Of a DNA stretch of 43,731 nucleotides, positions 1-9,113 are shown piece by piece. Source of the DNA: Escherichia phage vB_EcoP_ACG-C91; sequence record NC_019403.1; one strand, 5' to 3'. The position numbers and the translations under genes are program-made. The notes under the pieces were generated by a model. That model made no database searches. It was not told where the DNA came from and saw only the letters and a list, made by a program, of their open reading frames with translations. Positions within the stretch are counted from its first letter, which is position 1, and each line of letters begins with the position of its first letter.

Positions 1-569
1 TCTCGCCCTCGCCCCGCCGGACGGCCCCCCCCCCTACGGGTGGACTTGCCGCTTGGCTTAGGAATTGGGCTAGGCTGGTCCGTCTTCGACGGGCTGGGCA
101 GGGGCTTGCCTTGTACTCGCTTAGTGGTACACAAGGGAGAAGGGCTAGGAAGCGCTAGGGCGCGCCTTAGTATTGGACAAGGTGATTGCCTTAGTGCAAC
201 CGCTTAGGGCTTACACAGGCCGTTTTAGGGCTATTCCTGAGCGTTTGACAGGGTATGCGGGTGTGGGCTATCTGTTCCTTTGCTCCTCACTTCGTTCGTC
301 GCTGCGACTACCTGATGTGTACCTTAGTTATTACCTTGATGGATAGCTTAGGTTAGCCTTAGTGCTTAGCTTAGTATCAACTTAGTAGTGTACCTTAGTT
401 AGTCTTAGTGCCAGACCTCAGTGATTGCACATGCAAGCATGTAAGATGCTAATAGGTCGCGGTCGGTAGACCGCTAAGAAGAAGTAATAGTAATAAGATG
501 CAGTAGGAGGAACACCAGAAACCTAGCCAACCTAGCCTATCCTAGCTCTGTATCTATTGCTTTCCTTAG

Positions 570-585
570 TCTCACATGTTAGACA
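570..585. repeat. Imperfect copy of conserved palindrome (GTCTCACATGTtAGAC)
   Basis: Matches the 16-bp palindrome found at five other sites with one mismatch. Confidence 0.4.
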
Positions 586-652
586 ACCTAGGATTAACTT
601 AGTAGTTGTGACATGTATCACATAAATAGTCTATCTTAGTGAAATTTAGTGT

Positions 653-680
653 TGACACAGGCCATCAACAGGTATACATT
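653..680 (+). promoter_or_regulatory. Candidate host sigma70 promoter (TTGACA, 16-bp spacer, ATACAT)
   Basis: Perfect -35 hexamer TTGACA at 653-658 with a plausible -10 at 675-680; early region of a T7-like phage is transcribed by host RNAP. Confidence 0.3.
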
Positions 681-835
681 AGCAATCACTGAGACGGACC
701 TAGCAAGCTGTCTCAGGTTATAAGCAGGAGAATTGATGCGTAAGCCATAGCTAGTGGATGTAGTCGCATGAAGGCTTGAGTAAGGGGCCGTTTAATACCT
801 TCTTCCTCTGGAGACAACGCTTATAACACTGCTCT

Positions 836-864
836 TTAACAATCTGCTTAGTGTAACCTATGTA
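836..864 (+). promoter_or_regulatory. Candidate host sigma70 promoter (TTAACA, 17-bp spacer, TATGTA)
   Basis: -35-like and -10-like hexamers with 17-bp spacing, about 40 bp upstream of the first small ORF; overlaps conserved GCTCTTTAACAAT element. Confidence 0.3.
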
Positions 865-901
865 TGCCGTGGTTAATTACTTATTGAATGAGGAATTAAC
901 T

Positions 902-997
902 ATGAATTATGAAGAAATGTATGAAGTCTATTTCGACTCATTAGATGAAGGAGAAGAAGCATTATCCTTCGCTGAGTTTGTGGAGGCTTTATCATGA
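902..997 (+). CDS. Small early hypothetical protein (31 aa, acidic)
   Basis: ATG preceded by GAGGA; stop overlaps ATG of next ORF (ATGA); below ORF-track size cutoff. Confidence 0.35.
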   Translation: MNYEEMYEVYFDSLDEGEEALSFAEFVEALS

Positions 998-1221
998 AAG
1001 TACAGGTAAGGGCTTACAACATGCCAGTTGATGAGATTCAGCACTTTCTAGATAAAGGCTATGATTTATGTAAGATGCGCACACCAGATAACTATGACTA
1101 CTCACCTAAATATCTGCATTATATTGATCTTAAGATGGGTAAGAAGTTAGTTATTACAGGTACTGCATATAACCGCATTATCAATGTTCTTAAAGAAGGT
1201 GCTAGTCATGACATTAAATAA
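994..1221 (+). CDS. Early hypothetical protein (75 aa)
   Basis: ORF track; translationally coupled to upstream small ORF. Confidence 0.55.
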   Translation: MKVQVRAYNMPVDEIQHFLDKGYDLCKMRTPDNYDYSPKYLHYIDLKMGKKLVITGTAYNRIINVLKEGASHDIK

Positions 1222-1387
1222 CCGTGAACTATCCGTTATCTTTACTCTGTTATGCTACATGATACGTAACGGTGAACTACTAACTAATGATGAGCAAGCC
1301 TTGTATGACCGATTTATCAATGATGGTTGGACCGATACGGTTAATCAATACCGTAACATGATAGATGAGTTGAGGGAGGGTAAATAA
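1208..1387 (+). CDS. Early hypothetical protein (59 aa; start taken at internal ATG 1208)
   Basis: ORF track 1184..1387; ATG 1208 has GAAGGTG upstream and minimal overlap with previous gene. Confidence 0.5.
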   Translation: MTLNNRELSVIFTLLCYMIRNGELLTNDEQALYDRFINDGWTDTVNQYRNMIDELREGK

Positions 1388-1611
1388 TGTATCAACATGA
1401 GGTATTCTTTGAATCATCTAGCGAAGCTATTCGTCTCCGCGATGATATGATGCAAGCTGGCGTAGGTGTTGATGTATATCACTATTTGATAGATTACGAC
1501 ACTGAATATCACCGAGTTACCTTAGTATCTGAGTATGACAACCAAGTTATTACTGAGTATCTAGGCAGTGAAGATTATGATTACGATGAAGTAATCACGA
1601 CAAATCTCTAA
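1387..1611 (+). CDS. Early hypothetical protein (74 aa, acidic)
   Basis: ORF track; TAAATAATG start/stop overlap; GAGGG RBS. Confidence 0.55.
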   Translation: MYQHEVFFESSSEAIRLRDDMMQAGVGVDVYHYLIDYDTEYHRVTLVSEYDNQVITEYLGSEDYDYDEVITTNL

Positions 1612-1740
1612 ATTAACTATTGACAACCACGGCATACAAGGCTACATTAAGCATCAAGACGGCGACGTCTTTAAACATCCCCGCTCTTTAACAATCTGGT
1701 TTGTGTCTTGATAGGCTTACTAACAGAAAGGTAAATTATC

Positions 1741-1908
1741 ATGGAAACTTTAATCGTTACCACTACAATCAACGGCGTAAGTATCAGCATAACTAAGTAT
1801 TCTTCCGAAGAGTATGAAGTGAATCACGGAATAGCTGCTATGGTGTATGACAACTTGGCAGATGCCGTGGAGCATTGGATACAGTCATGTAAGGCTGCAA
1901 TTAAGTAG
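1741..1908 (+). CDS. Early hypothetical protein (55 aa)
   Basis: ATG with AAAGG RBS; not in ORF track because under 60 aa. Confidence 0.45.
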   Translation: METLIVTTTINGVSISITKYSSEEYEVNHGIAAMVYDNLADAVEHWIQSCKAAIK

Positions 1909-2062
1909 GAAAGATAAGGCTGGCACTAGCCAGCCTATCAAGGCACAAGCCACGCTCTTTAACAATATGGGTAGTCGCTTCTTAGTCTGGATAGGTTAAA
2001 CCTAGGAGATTCTCTTGAGTCTCCTATAATGTAACCTAACTAACTAAATGAGGATTAATAAC

Positions 2063-2419
2063 ATGGCTATGTCTAATATGACTTACTCTCAGGTTTACAA
2101 CACCGCTCATGCTGCATTAGTTGAACGTATCTGGGATGATGCTATTGATTGTATCGATAACGCACATGATGCAATCCATGAGGTGGCGGATAGTACTGTA
2201 CCAATCTATTATGCTGACATCTTCTCGGTGATGGCTAGTGAAGGCATCGACCACTTCTTCGAGGATTCTGGCTTAATGCCAGACACTAAGGATGTGACGG
2301 TCGTACTACAAGCCCGTATTTATGAACAACTCACCATTGATTTACGGGAACGTGTTCAAGATATGATTGATGCGTACATCGATTCCGCTGAGGATTCAGA
2401 AGAAGAGGAGGAAGAATGA
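2063..2419 (+). CDS. ocr: Ocr-like anti-restriction protein (T7 gp0.3 homolog; DNA mimic inhibiting type I restriction-modification)
   Basis: Protein begins MAMSNMTY and contains [42 protein letters not shown] and an acidic C-terminus, matching the T7 Ocr sequence as I recall it; GAGGA RBS 7 nt upstream of ATG 2063. Confidence 0.85.
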   Translation: MAMSNMTYSQVYNTAHAALVERIWDDAIDCIDNAHDAIHEVADSTVPIYYADIFSVMASEGIDHFFEDSGLMPDTKDVTVVLQARIYEQLTIDLRERVQDMIDAYIDSAEDSEEEEEE

Positions 2420-2532
2420 AGATGGAAAGGCAATATAACTTCATCTTCTCAGACGGTGTAACCCTGAAATGTTCCTTACGATTTGCGCAGATTCGTGAGG
2501 AAGTACTAGGAACTACATACAAGCTATTTAGC
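2416..2532 (+). CDS. Possible small early ORF (38 aa) overlapping ocr stop
   Basis: ATG 2416 preceded by GGAGG (inside the ocr acidic tail); position analogous to T7 0.4-0.6 small genes; no homology recognised. Confidence 0.25.
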
Positions 2533-2549
2533 TGACACTATAAGAGAAG
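2526..2549 (+). promoter_or_regulatory. Phage-RNAP promoter-like sequence (ATTTAGCTGACACTATAAGAG)
   Basis: Close to the SP6 consensus ATTTAGGTGACACTATAGAAG; upstream of ORF 2612. Confidence 0.4.
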
Positions 2550-2611
2550 ACTTAACAAGGCGTTGCTACGGTAGCGCCTGATTAAACTTTCACTTACTAG
2601 GAGTTGAGATT

Positions 2612-2797
2612 ATGAAAACCTTGATTGGATGCTTCTTGTTGGCTTCTCTTGCTCTGGCATTTACCGCTAAAGCTGGTTATGACGCTTATAAAGTAGAACA
2701 AGCCCAGCAAGACTGGGCCAAAAAGTTCAACTTGTGCAGCAAGAGCAACACCTACGAGTACTGCAACAAAACACTAAGACACTTATGGAAAGAGTAA
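2612..2797 (+). CDS. Small secreted early protein (61 aa) with N-terminal signal peptide
   Basis: MKTLIGCFLLASLALAFTAKA-GYD: hydrophobic core plus AxA-type cleavage site; mature part has 2 Cys; AGGAG RBS. Confidence 0.6.
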   Translation: MKTLIGCFLLASLALAFTAKAGYDAYKVEQAQQDWAKKFNLCSKSNTYEYCNKTLRHLWKE

Positions 2798-2831
2798 CTA
2801 GCCTATAGCCTACCTGAGTGGGCTATGTGAT

Positions 2832-2852
2832 ATTTACTTACACTATAAGGTG
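2832..2852 (+). promoter_or_regulatory. Weak phage-promoter-like sequence (ATTTACTTACACTATAAGG)
   Basis: Partial match to the CACTATAG core; immediately upstream of ORF 2859. Confidence 0.3.
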
Positions 2853-2858
2853 ATTACT

Positions 2859-3743
2859 ATGACTACTGAAAACACCCTCGTGTCTGTCCGTGAAGCTGCA
2901 ACCGCTGAAATCAAGCAACATTTAGACAATATCGGCACTTCTTACATCAAAGTTGGTGCTTGTCTGAATGAATTACGCGGTGATTTCGAAGGTCAAAAAG
3001 ACTTTTTAGCTTATGTAGAATCAGAGTTCGGCATCAAGAAGGCACAATGCTACAAGCTGATGAGTGTAGCCCGTGTCTTTGAAGGAGACGAACGCTTTAA
3101 AGGTGTGGCTATGCGTGTAATGCTGGCGCTTGTTCCTTTCGCTGATGAAAATATAATCATGGAGAAGGCCGCAGAACTCGCCGCAGATGGCAAGCTGGAC
3201 ACTAACGCCGTAAACGCCTTGATTGAGCCTAAGAAAGAGATAAAGACCGAAACGGTACAATCTAAGGCTGAGACAGTAAAACCGCAGGAGAGCGCGACTG
3301 AGGCCGCAGAATCACAGGAAATGCAAGCGCCGCAGGTAGTGCCACCCGCTAGCGAGCAGGAGGCCGACGAATCAGCACCATGGGGAGAGGAAAGCAAGCC
3401 GGAGGCACCGAAGGCAGCGCCGCTGGATAACACGGCTAATACCGAAAACGCCGCTATGGCTAGCCTCTTAGCACAAATTAAGGCACTGACCGAGCAATTA
3501 CAGGCAGCTAATGACCGCATTGCCTCCTTAAGCAGCGCACGCGAAAGCAAGAAGGCAGCCGCGCCTATGCTGCCGCAATTCAAATCTTCCTGCTTCTATG
3601 CTCGCTTAGGTTTAAGCGCTGAGGAGGCAACGAAGAAAACAGCAGTTAACAAGGCACGCCGCGAACTGGTTAAGCTAGGCTACGGCGAAGGCCATGAAGC
3701 ATGGCCCTTAATCTCTGAGGCAGTAGAAGAATTAACTAAGTAA
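2859..3743 (+). CDS. Early protein with DUF3102-like N-terminal domain and low-complexity acidic/Ala/Gln-rich C-terminal half
   Basis: Motif IKVGACLNELRGDFEGQKDFLAYVESEFGIKKAQCYKLMSVARVF resembles the DUF3102 signature (G-x-x-L-x-E...G-x-F-x-x-W/Y...G-I/F-S-x-x-x-A-x-x-Y-M-x-L/V-A) as I recall it; C-terminal half is compositionally biased with a coiled-coil-like stretch. Confidence 0.7.
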   Translation: MTTENTLVSVREAATAEIKQHLDNIGTSYIKVGACLNELRGDFEGQKDFLAYVESEFGIKKAQCYKLMSVARVFEGDERFKGVAMRVMLALVPFADENIIMEKAAELAADGKLDTNAVNALIEPKKEIKTETVQSKAETVKPQESATEAAESQEMQAPQVVPPASEQEADESAPWGEESKPEAPKAAPLDNTANTENAAMASLLAQIKALTEQLQAANDRIASLSSARESKKAAAPMLPQFKSSCFYARLGLSAEEATKKTAVNKARRELVKLGYGEGHEAWPLISEAVEELTK

Positions 3744-3806
3744 CCTTATCGGTGGCATCTTCTTAGGTGTCACCTATTAAGGTTTCTTTCACTAGGAGTA
3801 AACAAG

Positions 3807-6434
3807 ATGCAAGACCTACACGCTATTCAACTTCAACTTGAAGAAGAAATGTTTAACGGCGGTATCCGTCGCTTTGAAGCGGACCAACAACGCCAGATTG
3901 CATCCGGTAATGAATCAGACACGGCATGGAATCGCCGCTTATTGTCCGAGTTAATCGCGCCAATGGCTGAAGGTATTCAGGCATACAAGGAAGAGTATGA
4001 AGGTAAAAGAGGCCGTGCACCGCGTGCATTAGCTTTCATTAACTGCGTAGAAAACGAAGTGGCAGCATATATCACGATGAAAATCGTTATGGATATGCTG
4101 AATACAGACGTTACCTTACAAGCAATCGCTATGAATGTAGCGGACCGCATCGAAGACCAAGTACGTTTTAGCAAGCTGGAAGGTCACGCAGCTAAGTACT
4201 TTGAGAAAGTGAAGAAGTCGCTTAAGGCTAGCAAGACTAAATCTTATCGTCATGCGCACAACGTAGCGGTAGTAGCTGAGAAATCTGTTGCTGACCGTGA
4301 CGCGGATTTCTCCCGTTGGGAGGCATGGCCTAAAGATACCTTGCTACAAATCGGTATGACCTTGCTAGAAATACTGGAAAATAGTGTATTCTTCAATGGT
4401 CAGCCTGTCTTTCTTCGCACCTTGCGCACTAATGGTGGCAAGCATGGCGTTTACTACTTACAGACCAGTGAACACGTAGGGGAATGGATTACAGCATTTA
4501 AAGAACATGTAGCGCAACTTAGCCCGGCTTATGCACCTTGCGTTATACCTCCGCGTCCGTGGGTTTCTCCTTTTAATGGTGGATTTCATACTGAGAAAGT
4601 AGCAAGCCGTATTCGTCTGGTTAAAGGCAGCCGTGAACACGTCCGTAAGCTGACCAAAAAGCAAATGCCAGCGGTTTACAAGGCTGTTAACGCTTTGCAG
4701 GCGACTAAATGGCAGGTTAACAAGGAAGTATTACAGGTAGTTGAAGACGTTATACGCCTTGATTTAGGTTATGGTGTGCCTTCATTTAAGCCGCTAATTG
4801 ACCGTGAGAACAAGCCAGCTAATCCCGTTCCTCTTGAGTTTCAGCACCTGCGAGGCCGTGAACTGAAAGAAATGCTCACGCCGGAACAATGGCAAGCCTT
4901 CATTAACTGGAAAGGTGAATGCACCAAGCTGTACACCGCAGAAACTAAGCGCGGCAGCAAGTCGGCTGCTACGGTCCGCATGGTTGGTCAGGCCCGTAAA
5001 TACAGCCAGTTTGACGCTATTTATTTTGTGTATGCACTGGATAGCCGCAGCCGTGTCTACGCGCAATCTAGCACGCTCTCACCGCAATCAAACGACTTAG
5101 GCAAAGCATTACTCCGCTTTACCGAAGGGCAGCGCCTTGATAGCACTGAGGCGCTTAAATGGTTTTTGGTGAACGGGGCGAATAACTGGGGTTGGGATAA
5201 GAAGACTTTCGACGTGCGCACCGCTAACGTGCTGGATGGCGAATTTCAAGACATGTGCCGCGACATTGCAGCCGATCCTCTAACCTTCACTCAATGGGTA
5301 AATGCTGATTCCCCTTACGGATTCCTTGCATGGTGCTTTGAATATGCTCGTTATTTAGATGCGCTGGATGAAGGTACACAAGACCAATTCATGACGCACC
5401 TACCCGTCCATCAAGACGGTAGTTGCTCTGGTATCCAGCACTATAGCGCGATGTTACGCGATGAAGTAGGTGCGAAAGCGGTAAACCTTAAGCCCTCTGA
5501 CTCCCCTCAAGATATTTATGGTGCCGTTGCGCAGGTAGTAATTCAGAAGAACTATGCATACATGAATGCAGAGGATGCGGAAACCTTCACTTCTGGCAGC
5601 GTGACTTTAACAGGTGCGGAACTGCGTAGCATGGCTAGTGCGTGGGATATGATAGGAATCACTCGCGGCCTAACCAAAAAGCCCGTAATGACACTGCCTT
5701 ACGGCAGCACACGTCTAACCTGCCGTGAGTCAGTGATTGATTATATCGTTGATTTAGAAGAAAAAGAGGCCCAACGGGCTATTGCGGAAGGGCGTACCGC
5801 CAATCCTGTACACCCTTTTGATAATGACCGTAAGGATGGCCTGACACCTAGCGCAGCTTATAACTATATGACAGCTTTAATCTGGCCTTCTATTTCGGAA
5901 GTGGTTAAAGCTCCTATAGTGGCAATGAAAATGATTCGTCAACTTGCCCGTTTCGCAGCTAAAAGGAATGAAGGCTTAGAGTATCCCTTGCCCACAGGCT
6001 TCATTCTGCAACAAAAGATTATGGCTACTGATATGCTCCGCGTATCCACTTGCCTGATGGGAGAAATCAAGATGAGTCTACAGATTGAAACGGACGTAGT
6101 GGATGAAACGGCCATGATGGGCGCTGCTGCTCCTAACTTCGTGCACGGTCATGATGCTAGCCACCTGATTCTAACGGTGTGCGACCTAGTGGATAAAGGT
6201 ATTACCTCCATTGCAGTTATCCATGATTCTTTCGGTACTCATGCAGGCCGCACCGCAGACCTACGTGACAGTCTAAGGGCAGAAATGGTGAAGATGTATC
6301 AAGGCCGTAACGCTCTGCAAAGCCTGTTAGATGAGCATGAAGAGCGCTGGTTAGTAGACACCGGAATCCAAGTGCCAGAGCAAGGAGAGTTTGACCTTAA
6401 CGAAATCTTAGTATCTGACTATTGCTTCGCATAA
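3807..6434 (+). CDS. Single-subunit DNA-dependent RNA polymerase (SP6-type)
   Basis: 875 aa; N-terminus [32 protein letters not shown] and long internal stretches match SP6 RNAP as I recall it; catalytic IHDSFGT motif; C-terminal ...FA. Confidence 0.97.
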   Translation: MQDLHAIQLQLEEEMFNGGIRRFEADQQRQIASGNESDTAWNRRLLSELIAPMAEGIQAYKEEYEGKRGRAPRALAFINCVENEVAAYITMKIVMDMLNTDVTLQAIAMNVADRIEDQVRFSKLEGHAAKYFEKVKKSLKASKTKSYRHAHNVAVVAEKSVADRDADFSRWEAWPKDTLLQIGMTLLEILENSVFFNGQPVFLRTLRTNGGKHGVYYLQTSEHVGEWITAFKEHVAQLSPAYAPCVIPPRPWVSPFNGGFHTEKVASRIRLVKGSREHVRKLTKKQMPAVYKAVNALQATKWQVNKEVLQVVEDVIRLDLGYGVPSFKPLIDRENKPANPVPLEFQHLRGRELKEMLTPEQWQAFINWKGECTKLYTAETKRGSKSAATVRMVGQARKYSQFDAIYFVYALDSRSRVYAQSSTLSPQSNDLGKALLRFTEGQRLDSTEALKWFLVNGANNWGWDKKTFDVRTANVLDGEFQDMCRDIAADPLTFTQWVNADSPYGFLAWCFEYARYLDALDEGTQDQFMTHLPVHQDGSCSGIQHYSAMLRDEVGAKAVNLKPSDSPQDIYGAVAQVVIQKNYAYMNAEDAETFTSGSVTLTGAELRSMASAWDMIGITRGLTKKPVMTLPYGSTRLTCRESVIDYIVDLEEKEAQRAIAEGRTANPVHPFDNDRKDGLTPSAAYNYMTALIWPSISEVVKAPIVAMKMIRQLARFAAKRNEGLEYPLPTGFILQQKIMATDMLRVSTCLMGEIKMSLQIETDVVDETAMMGAAAPNFVHGHDASHLILTVCDLVDKGITSIAVIHDSFGTHAGRTADLRDSLRAEMVKMYQGRNALQSLLDEHEERWLVDTGIQVPEQGEFDLNEILVSDYCFA

Positions 6435-6442
6435 TATTAATA

Positions 6443-6475
6443 GGCCATCCCTTCGGGAGTGGCCTTTTTCTTTTA
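6443..6475 (+). terminator. Rho-independent terminator after RNAP gene
   Basis: GGCCATCCC-TTCG-GGAGTGGCC hairpin followed by TTTTTCTTTT. Confidence 0.6.
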
Positions 6476-6509
6476 CCTACTACCTGTAACATTTCATTAA
6501 CATAAAAGT

Positions 6510-6525
6510 GTCTCACATGTGAGAC
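6510..6525. repeat. Conserved palindrome GTCTCACATGTGAGAC (copy 1)
   Basis: Perfect 16-bp palindrome immediately upstream of phage promoter. Confidence 0.7.
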
Positions 6526-6527
6526 TT

Positions 6528-6548
6528 ATTTACCGGACACTATAGGAT
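6528..6548 (+). promoter_or_regulatory. Phage-RNAP promoter (ATTTACCGGACACTATAGGAT)
   Basis: Matches the window consensus ATTTAC(T/C)GGACACTATAGAAG, SP6-like CACTATAG core. Confidence 0.7.
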
Positions 6549-6690
6549 AGCCGTCGGAGACGGGAAAGAAAGGGAAGATAAAGGATATAAAGGAAGTAAT
6601 AGGTATTAAAGGTTATATAGGTTATCTAGGAATACCTATTACCTTCTTCCTTCCTCTTATTGCCACTTAGAGGAAGGGCAGATCTAAGTT

Positions 6691-6706
6691 GTCTCACATG
6701 TGAGAC
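6691..6706. repeat. Conserved palindrome GTCTCACATGTGAGAC (copy 2)
   Basis: Perfect palindrome again followed by a promoter-like sequence. Confidence 0.7.
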
Positions 6707-6711
6707 TTCGT

Positions 6712-6732
6712 ATTTACCGGACAGTATAGATA
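6712..6732 (+). promoter_or_regulatory. Phage-promoter variant (ATTTACCGGACAGTATAGATA)
   Basis: Two mismatches from consensus core; upstream of gp1.1-like gene and primase/helicase. Confidence 0.5.
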
Positions 6733-6759
6733 AGATTAACTCACTTTGGAGATTTAACC

Positions 6760-6888
6760 ATGCGTAACTTTGAGAAGATGACCCGTAAAGCTAACCGTTT
6801 TGACATGGAAGAAGGGCAGAAGAAAGGCAAGAAGCTGAATAAACCTGTCCGTGATCGTGCATCTAAACGCGCTGCGTGGGAGTTCTAA
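6760..6888 (+). CDS. Small basic protein, T7 gp1.1-like (42 aa)
   Basis: MRNFEKMTRKANRFDMEEGQKKGKKLNKPVRDRASKRAAWEF resembles T7 gene 1.1 protein (MRNFEKMTKRSN...) as I recall it; GGAG RBS. Confidence 0.6.
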   Translation: MRNFEKMTRKANRFDMEEGQKKGKKLNKPVRDRASKRAAWEF

Positions 6889-6891
6889 GTT

Positions 6892-8880
6892 ATGGCTATT
6901 ATTCAGAATGTACCGTGTCCTGCCTGTCAAAAGAATGGACATGATATTACTGGCAACCATCTTATGATATTTGAGGATGGCGCGGGTTACTGTAACCGTG
7001 GGCACTTCCATGATAATGGCAGGCCATACTACCATAAGCCCGAAGGTGGCATCGAGATAACCGAGTTGCCCATTACTGGCAATATCAAATATACACCTTC
7101 TCAATTCAAAGAGATGGAGACGGAAGGGAAGATAAGCGACCCTAAGTTGCGCGCCATCGCACTTGGTGGTATGCGTATGAAAGACCGTTGGGAGGTCATG
7201 AATGAGCAAGAAAGGGCAGACCAAGAAGCAGAGTGGAAACTTGATGTTGAATGGTTCCTCACGCTTAAGCGTAAGAACCTTGTGTCCCGTCACATTCGAG
7301 GTGACATCGCAGCAATGTACGATGTGCGCGTTGGACACGATGAAGAGGGAAGAGTCAACCGTCACTATTATCCACGATATGAAAAGGGTGTGCTTGTTGG
7401 AGCAAAATGCCGGACGTTGCCGAAGGATTTTAAGTTCGGACACCTAGGTAAACTCTTTGGTATGCAAGACCTTTTCGGTATGAACACTTTGTCTCACGTG
7501 TTAGACAAGGGGAGACGAAAGGATTGCTTGCTTATTGTAGGTGGTGAACTTGATGCACTAGCAGCGCAGCAGATGCTCCTTGATTCTGCCAAGGGTACTA
7601 AGTGGGAAGGCCAGCCATACCATGTATGGTCTGTCAACAAAGGCGAGTCTTGCCTTGAAGAGATAGTGCAGAACCGTGAGCATATCGCCCAATTCAAGAA
7701 GATTATATGGGGTTTTGATGGGGATGAGGTAGGGCAGAAGCAGAACCAACAAGCTGCTCGCCTGTTTCCTGGCAAATCCTACATCCTCGAATATCCCTCT
7801 GGTTGCAAAGATGCTAACAAGGCATTGATGGCTGGCAAGGCTAAAGAGTTTGTTGATGCTTGGTTTAATGCCAAGTCATCTGATGAAGTCTTTGGTAGCC
7901 AGATTAAATCTATCGCATCTCAAAGGGGTAAGCTCAAGGCTGCACGTCCAGAGCAAGGGTTATCATGGCCTTGGCCTAAGCTGAACAAGGTAACGCTAGG
8001 TATTCGTAAGAACCAGCTTATCATTGTAGGTGCAGGTTCTGGTGTAGGTAAGACTGAGTTCCTTCGCGAAGTGGTTAAGCACCTCATTGAAGAACACGGT
8101 GAATCTGTAGGCATCATTTCTACAGAAGACCCAATGGTCAAGGTGTCCCGTGCTTTTATCGGCAAGTGGATTGATAAGCGTATTGAGTTACCGCCAACCA
8201 ACGACCCGAAAGAAGACGGATACCGTGAGGTGTTCGACTACACCGAGGAAGAAGCTAACGCTGCCATTGATTATGTGGCTGATACAGGAAAGCTATTTGT
8301 GGCTGACCTAGAAGGCGACTATTCTATGGAGAAGGTAGAGCAAACTTGCCTAGAGTTTGAGGCTATGGGCATTTCTAATATCATCATTGATAACTTAACG
8401 GGGATTAAATTAGATGAGCGTGCTTTTGGTGGGAAGGTTGGTGCACTTGATGAATGCGTCAAACGAATTGGTACTATCAAAGACCGACATGCGGTTACGA
8501 TTTTCCTTGTCTCTCACCTTACACGTCCTCCGGCAAACCGTACCCAACACGAAGAAGGTGGCGAAGTTATCCTTTCTGACTTCCGAGGCTCAGGCGCTAT
8601 CGGATTCTGGGCATCTTACGCCTTGGGGATTGAGCGTAATACAAGAGCTGAAACGCTTGATGAAAGGACTACCACGTACATCTCGTGTGTCAAAGACCGC
8701 GATCAAGGTATCTACACTGGAACCAAGGTCATGCTTAAGGGTGACATTCAAACCGGACGTTTAATGGAACCACAAGCTAGAACAAGGTCATTTGATACAG
8801 GTGAAACAAGGCAGCAAGAGGTGCCTGATTTACCGGACACTATAGAAGAGACAACCTTTGACGATGAACAGGAGTTTTAA
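6892..8880 (+). CDS. DNA primase/helicase (T7 gp4-like bifunctional)
   Basis: 662 aa; N-terminal Cys-rich zinc-binding region (CPACQ...CNRGHFH); Walker A GAGSGVGKTEF; acidic C-terminal tail ...DDEQEF. Confidence 0.95.
   Translation: MAIIQNVPCPACQKNGHDITGNHLMIFEDGAGYCNRGHFHDNGRPYYHKPEGGIEITELPITGNIKYTPSQFKEMETEGKISDPKLRAIALGGMRMKDRWEVMNEQERADQEAEWKLDVEWFLTLKRKNLVSRHIRGDIAAMYDVRVGHDEEGRVNRHYYPRYEKGVLVGAKCRTLPKDFKFGHLGKLFGMQDLFGMNTLSHVLDKGRRKDCLLIVGGELDALAAQQMLLDSAKGTKWEGQPYHVWSVNKGESCLEEIVQNREHIAQFKKIIWGFDGDEVGQKQNQQAARLFPGKSYILEYPSGCKDANKALMAGKAKEFVDAWFNAKSSDEVFGSQIKSIASQRGKLKAARPEQGLSWPWPKLNKVTLGIRKNQLIIVGAGSGVGKTEFLREVVKHLIEEHGESVGIISTEDPMVKVSRAFIGKWIDKRIELPPTNDPKEDGYREVFDYTEEEANAAIDYVADTGKLFVADLEGDYSMEKVEQTCLEFEAMGISNIIIDNLTGIKLDERAFGGKVGALDECVKRIGTIKDRHAVTIFLVSHLTRPPANRTQHEEGGEVILSDFRGSGAIGFWASYALGIERNTRAETLDERTTTYISCVKDRDQGIYTGTKVMLKGDIQTGRLMEPQARTRSFDTGETRQQEVPDLPDTIEETTFDDEQEF
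8827..8847 (+). promoter_or_regulatory. Phage-RNAP promoter embedded in the 3' end of the primase/helicase gene
   Basis: ATTTACCGGACACTATAGAAG exact consensus; encodes the DLPDTIEE residues of the helicase tail. Confidence 0.6.
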
Positions 8881-9041
8881 TGGAAATTATTAAACCAGTA
8901 TTGAATATCGGTATTGAAATCCTATTCATGCTTGTGATCGCAGATTATGCTGCACGATATGGATTCAAGAAAGCTGTGAAACTTATCGTTGCATCTGGTT
9001 TTATGATGTCAATGTTCTTTATTGTAACACGCCTTATCTAG
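8880..9041 (+). CDS. Small hydrophobic membrane protein (53 aa)
   Basis: ATG overlaps helicase stop (TAATGG); hydrophobic segments; below ORF-track cutoff. Confidence 0.3.
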   Translation: MEIIKPVLNIGIEILFMLVIADYAARYGFKKAVKLIVASGFMMSMFFIVTRLI

Positions 9042-9055
9042 TGTATTTATCAGGG

Positions 9056-9077
9056 CTTGTCTCACATGTGAGACAAG
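9056..9077. repeat. Conserved palindrome, extended to 22 bp (CTTGTCTCACATGTGAGACAAG) (copy 3)
   Basis: Perfect 22-bp palindrome. Confidence 0.7.
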
Positions 9078-9113
9078 CTCTTATTAAGTACATTAAATAA
9101 CTGGAGATTGATT

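Larger units (their letters stand above)
1..700. repeat. Left terminal non-coding region: GC-rich start followed by many short CTTAGG / CTTAGTG / CTAGGG repeats
   Basis: No ORF with RBS; repeated cttagt(g) and ctaggg motifs visible by eye; resembles repeat-rich genome ends of T7-supergroup phages. Confidence 0.5.

Noticed and set aside
2003-2027. Hairpin upstream of ocr as an RNase III site
   Set aside because: Stem is only about 7 bp with a 10-nt loop, weaker than known RNase III substrates; kept as a mention in a finding but not annotated as a feature
2797-2835. Possible terminator hairpin after ORF 2612 (ATAGCC...GGCTAT)
   Set aside because: 6-bp stem with 10-nt loop and no downstream U-run
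3050-3583. 177-aa minus-strand ORF rich in Ala/Ser/Cys
   Set aside because: Antisense to the low-complexity GC-rich part of ORF 2859; a typical artefact of biased codon composition
3760-3800. Sequence TTAGGTGTCACCTATTAAGG upstream of RNAP resembling a phage promoter
   Set aside because: Only partial resemblance to the CACTATAG core; the RNAP gene must be transcribed by host polymerase, so a phage promoter here is unlikely
6754-7443. 229-aa ORF on the minus strand
   Set aside because: Lies antisense to the primase/helicase gene, which has clear motifs; no RBS; all supported genes in this phage type are on the + strand
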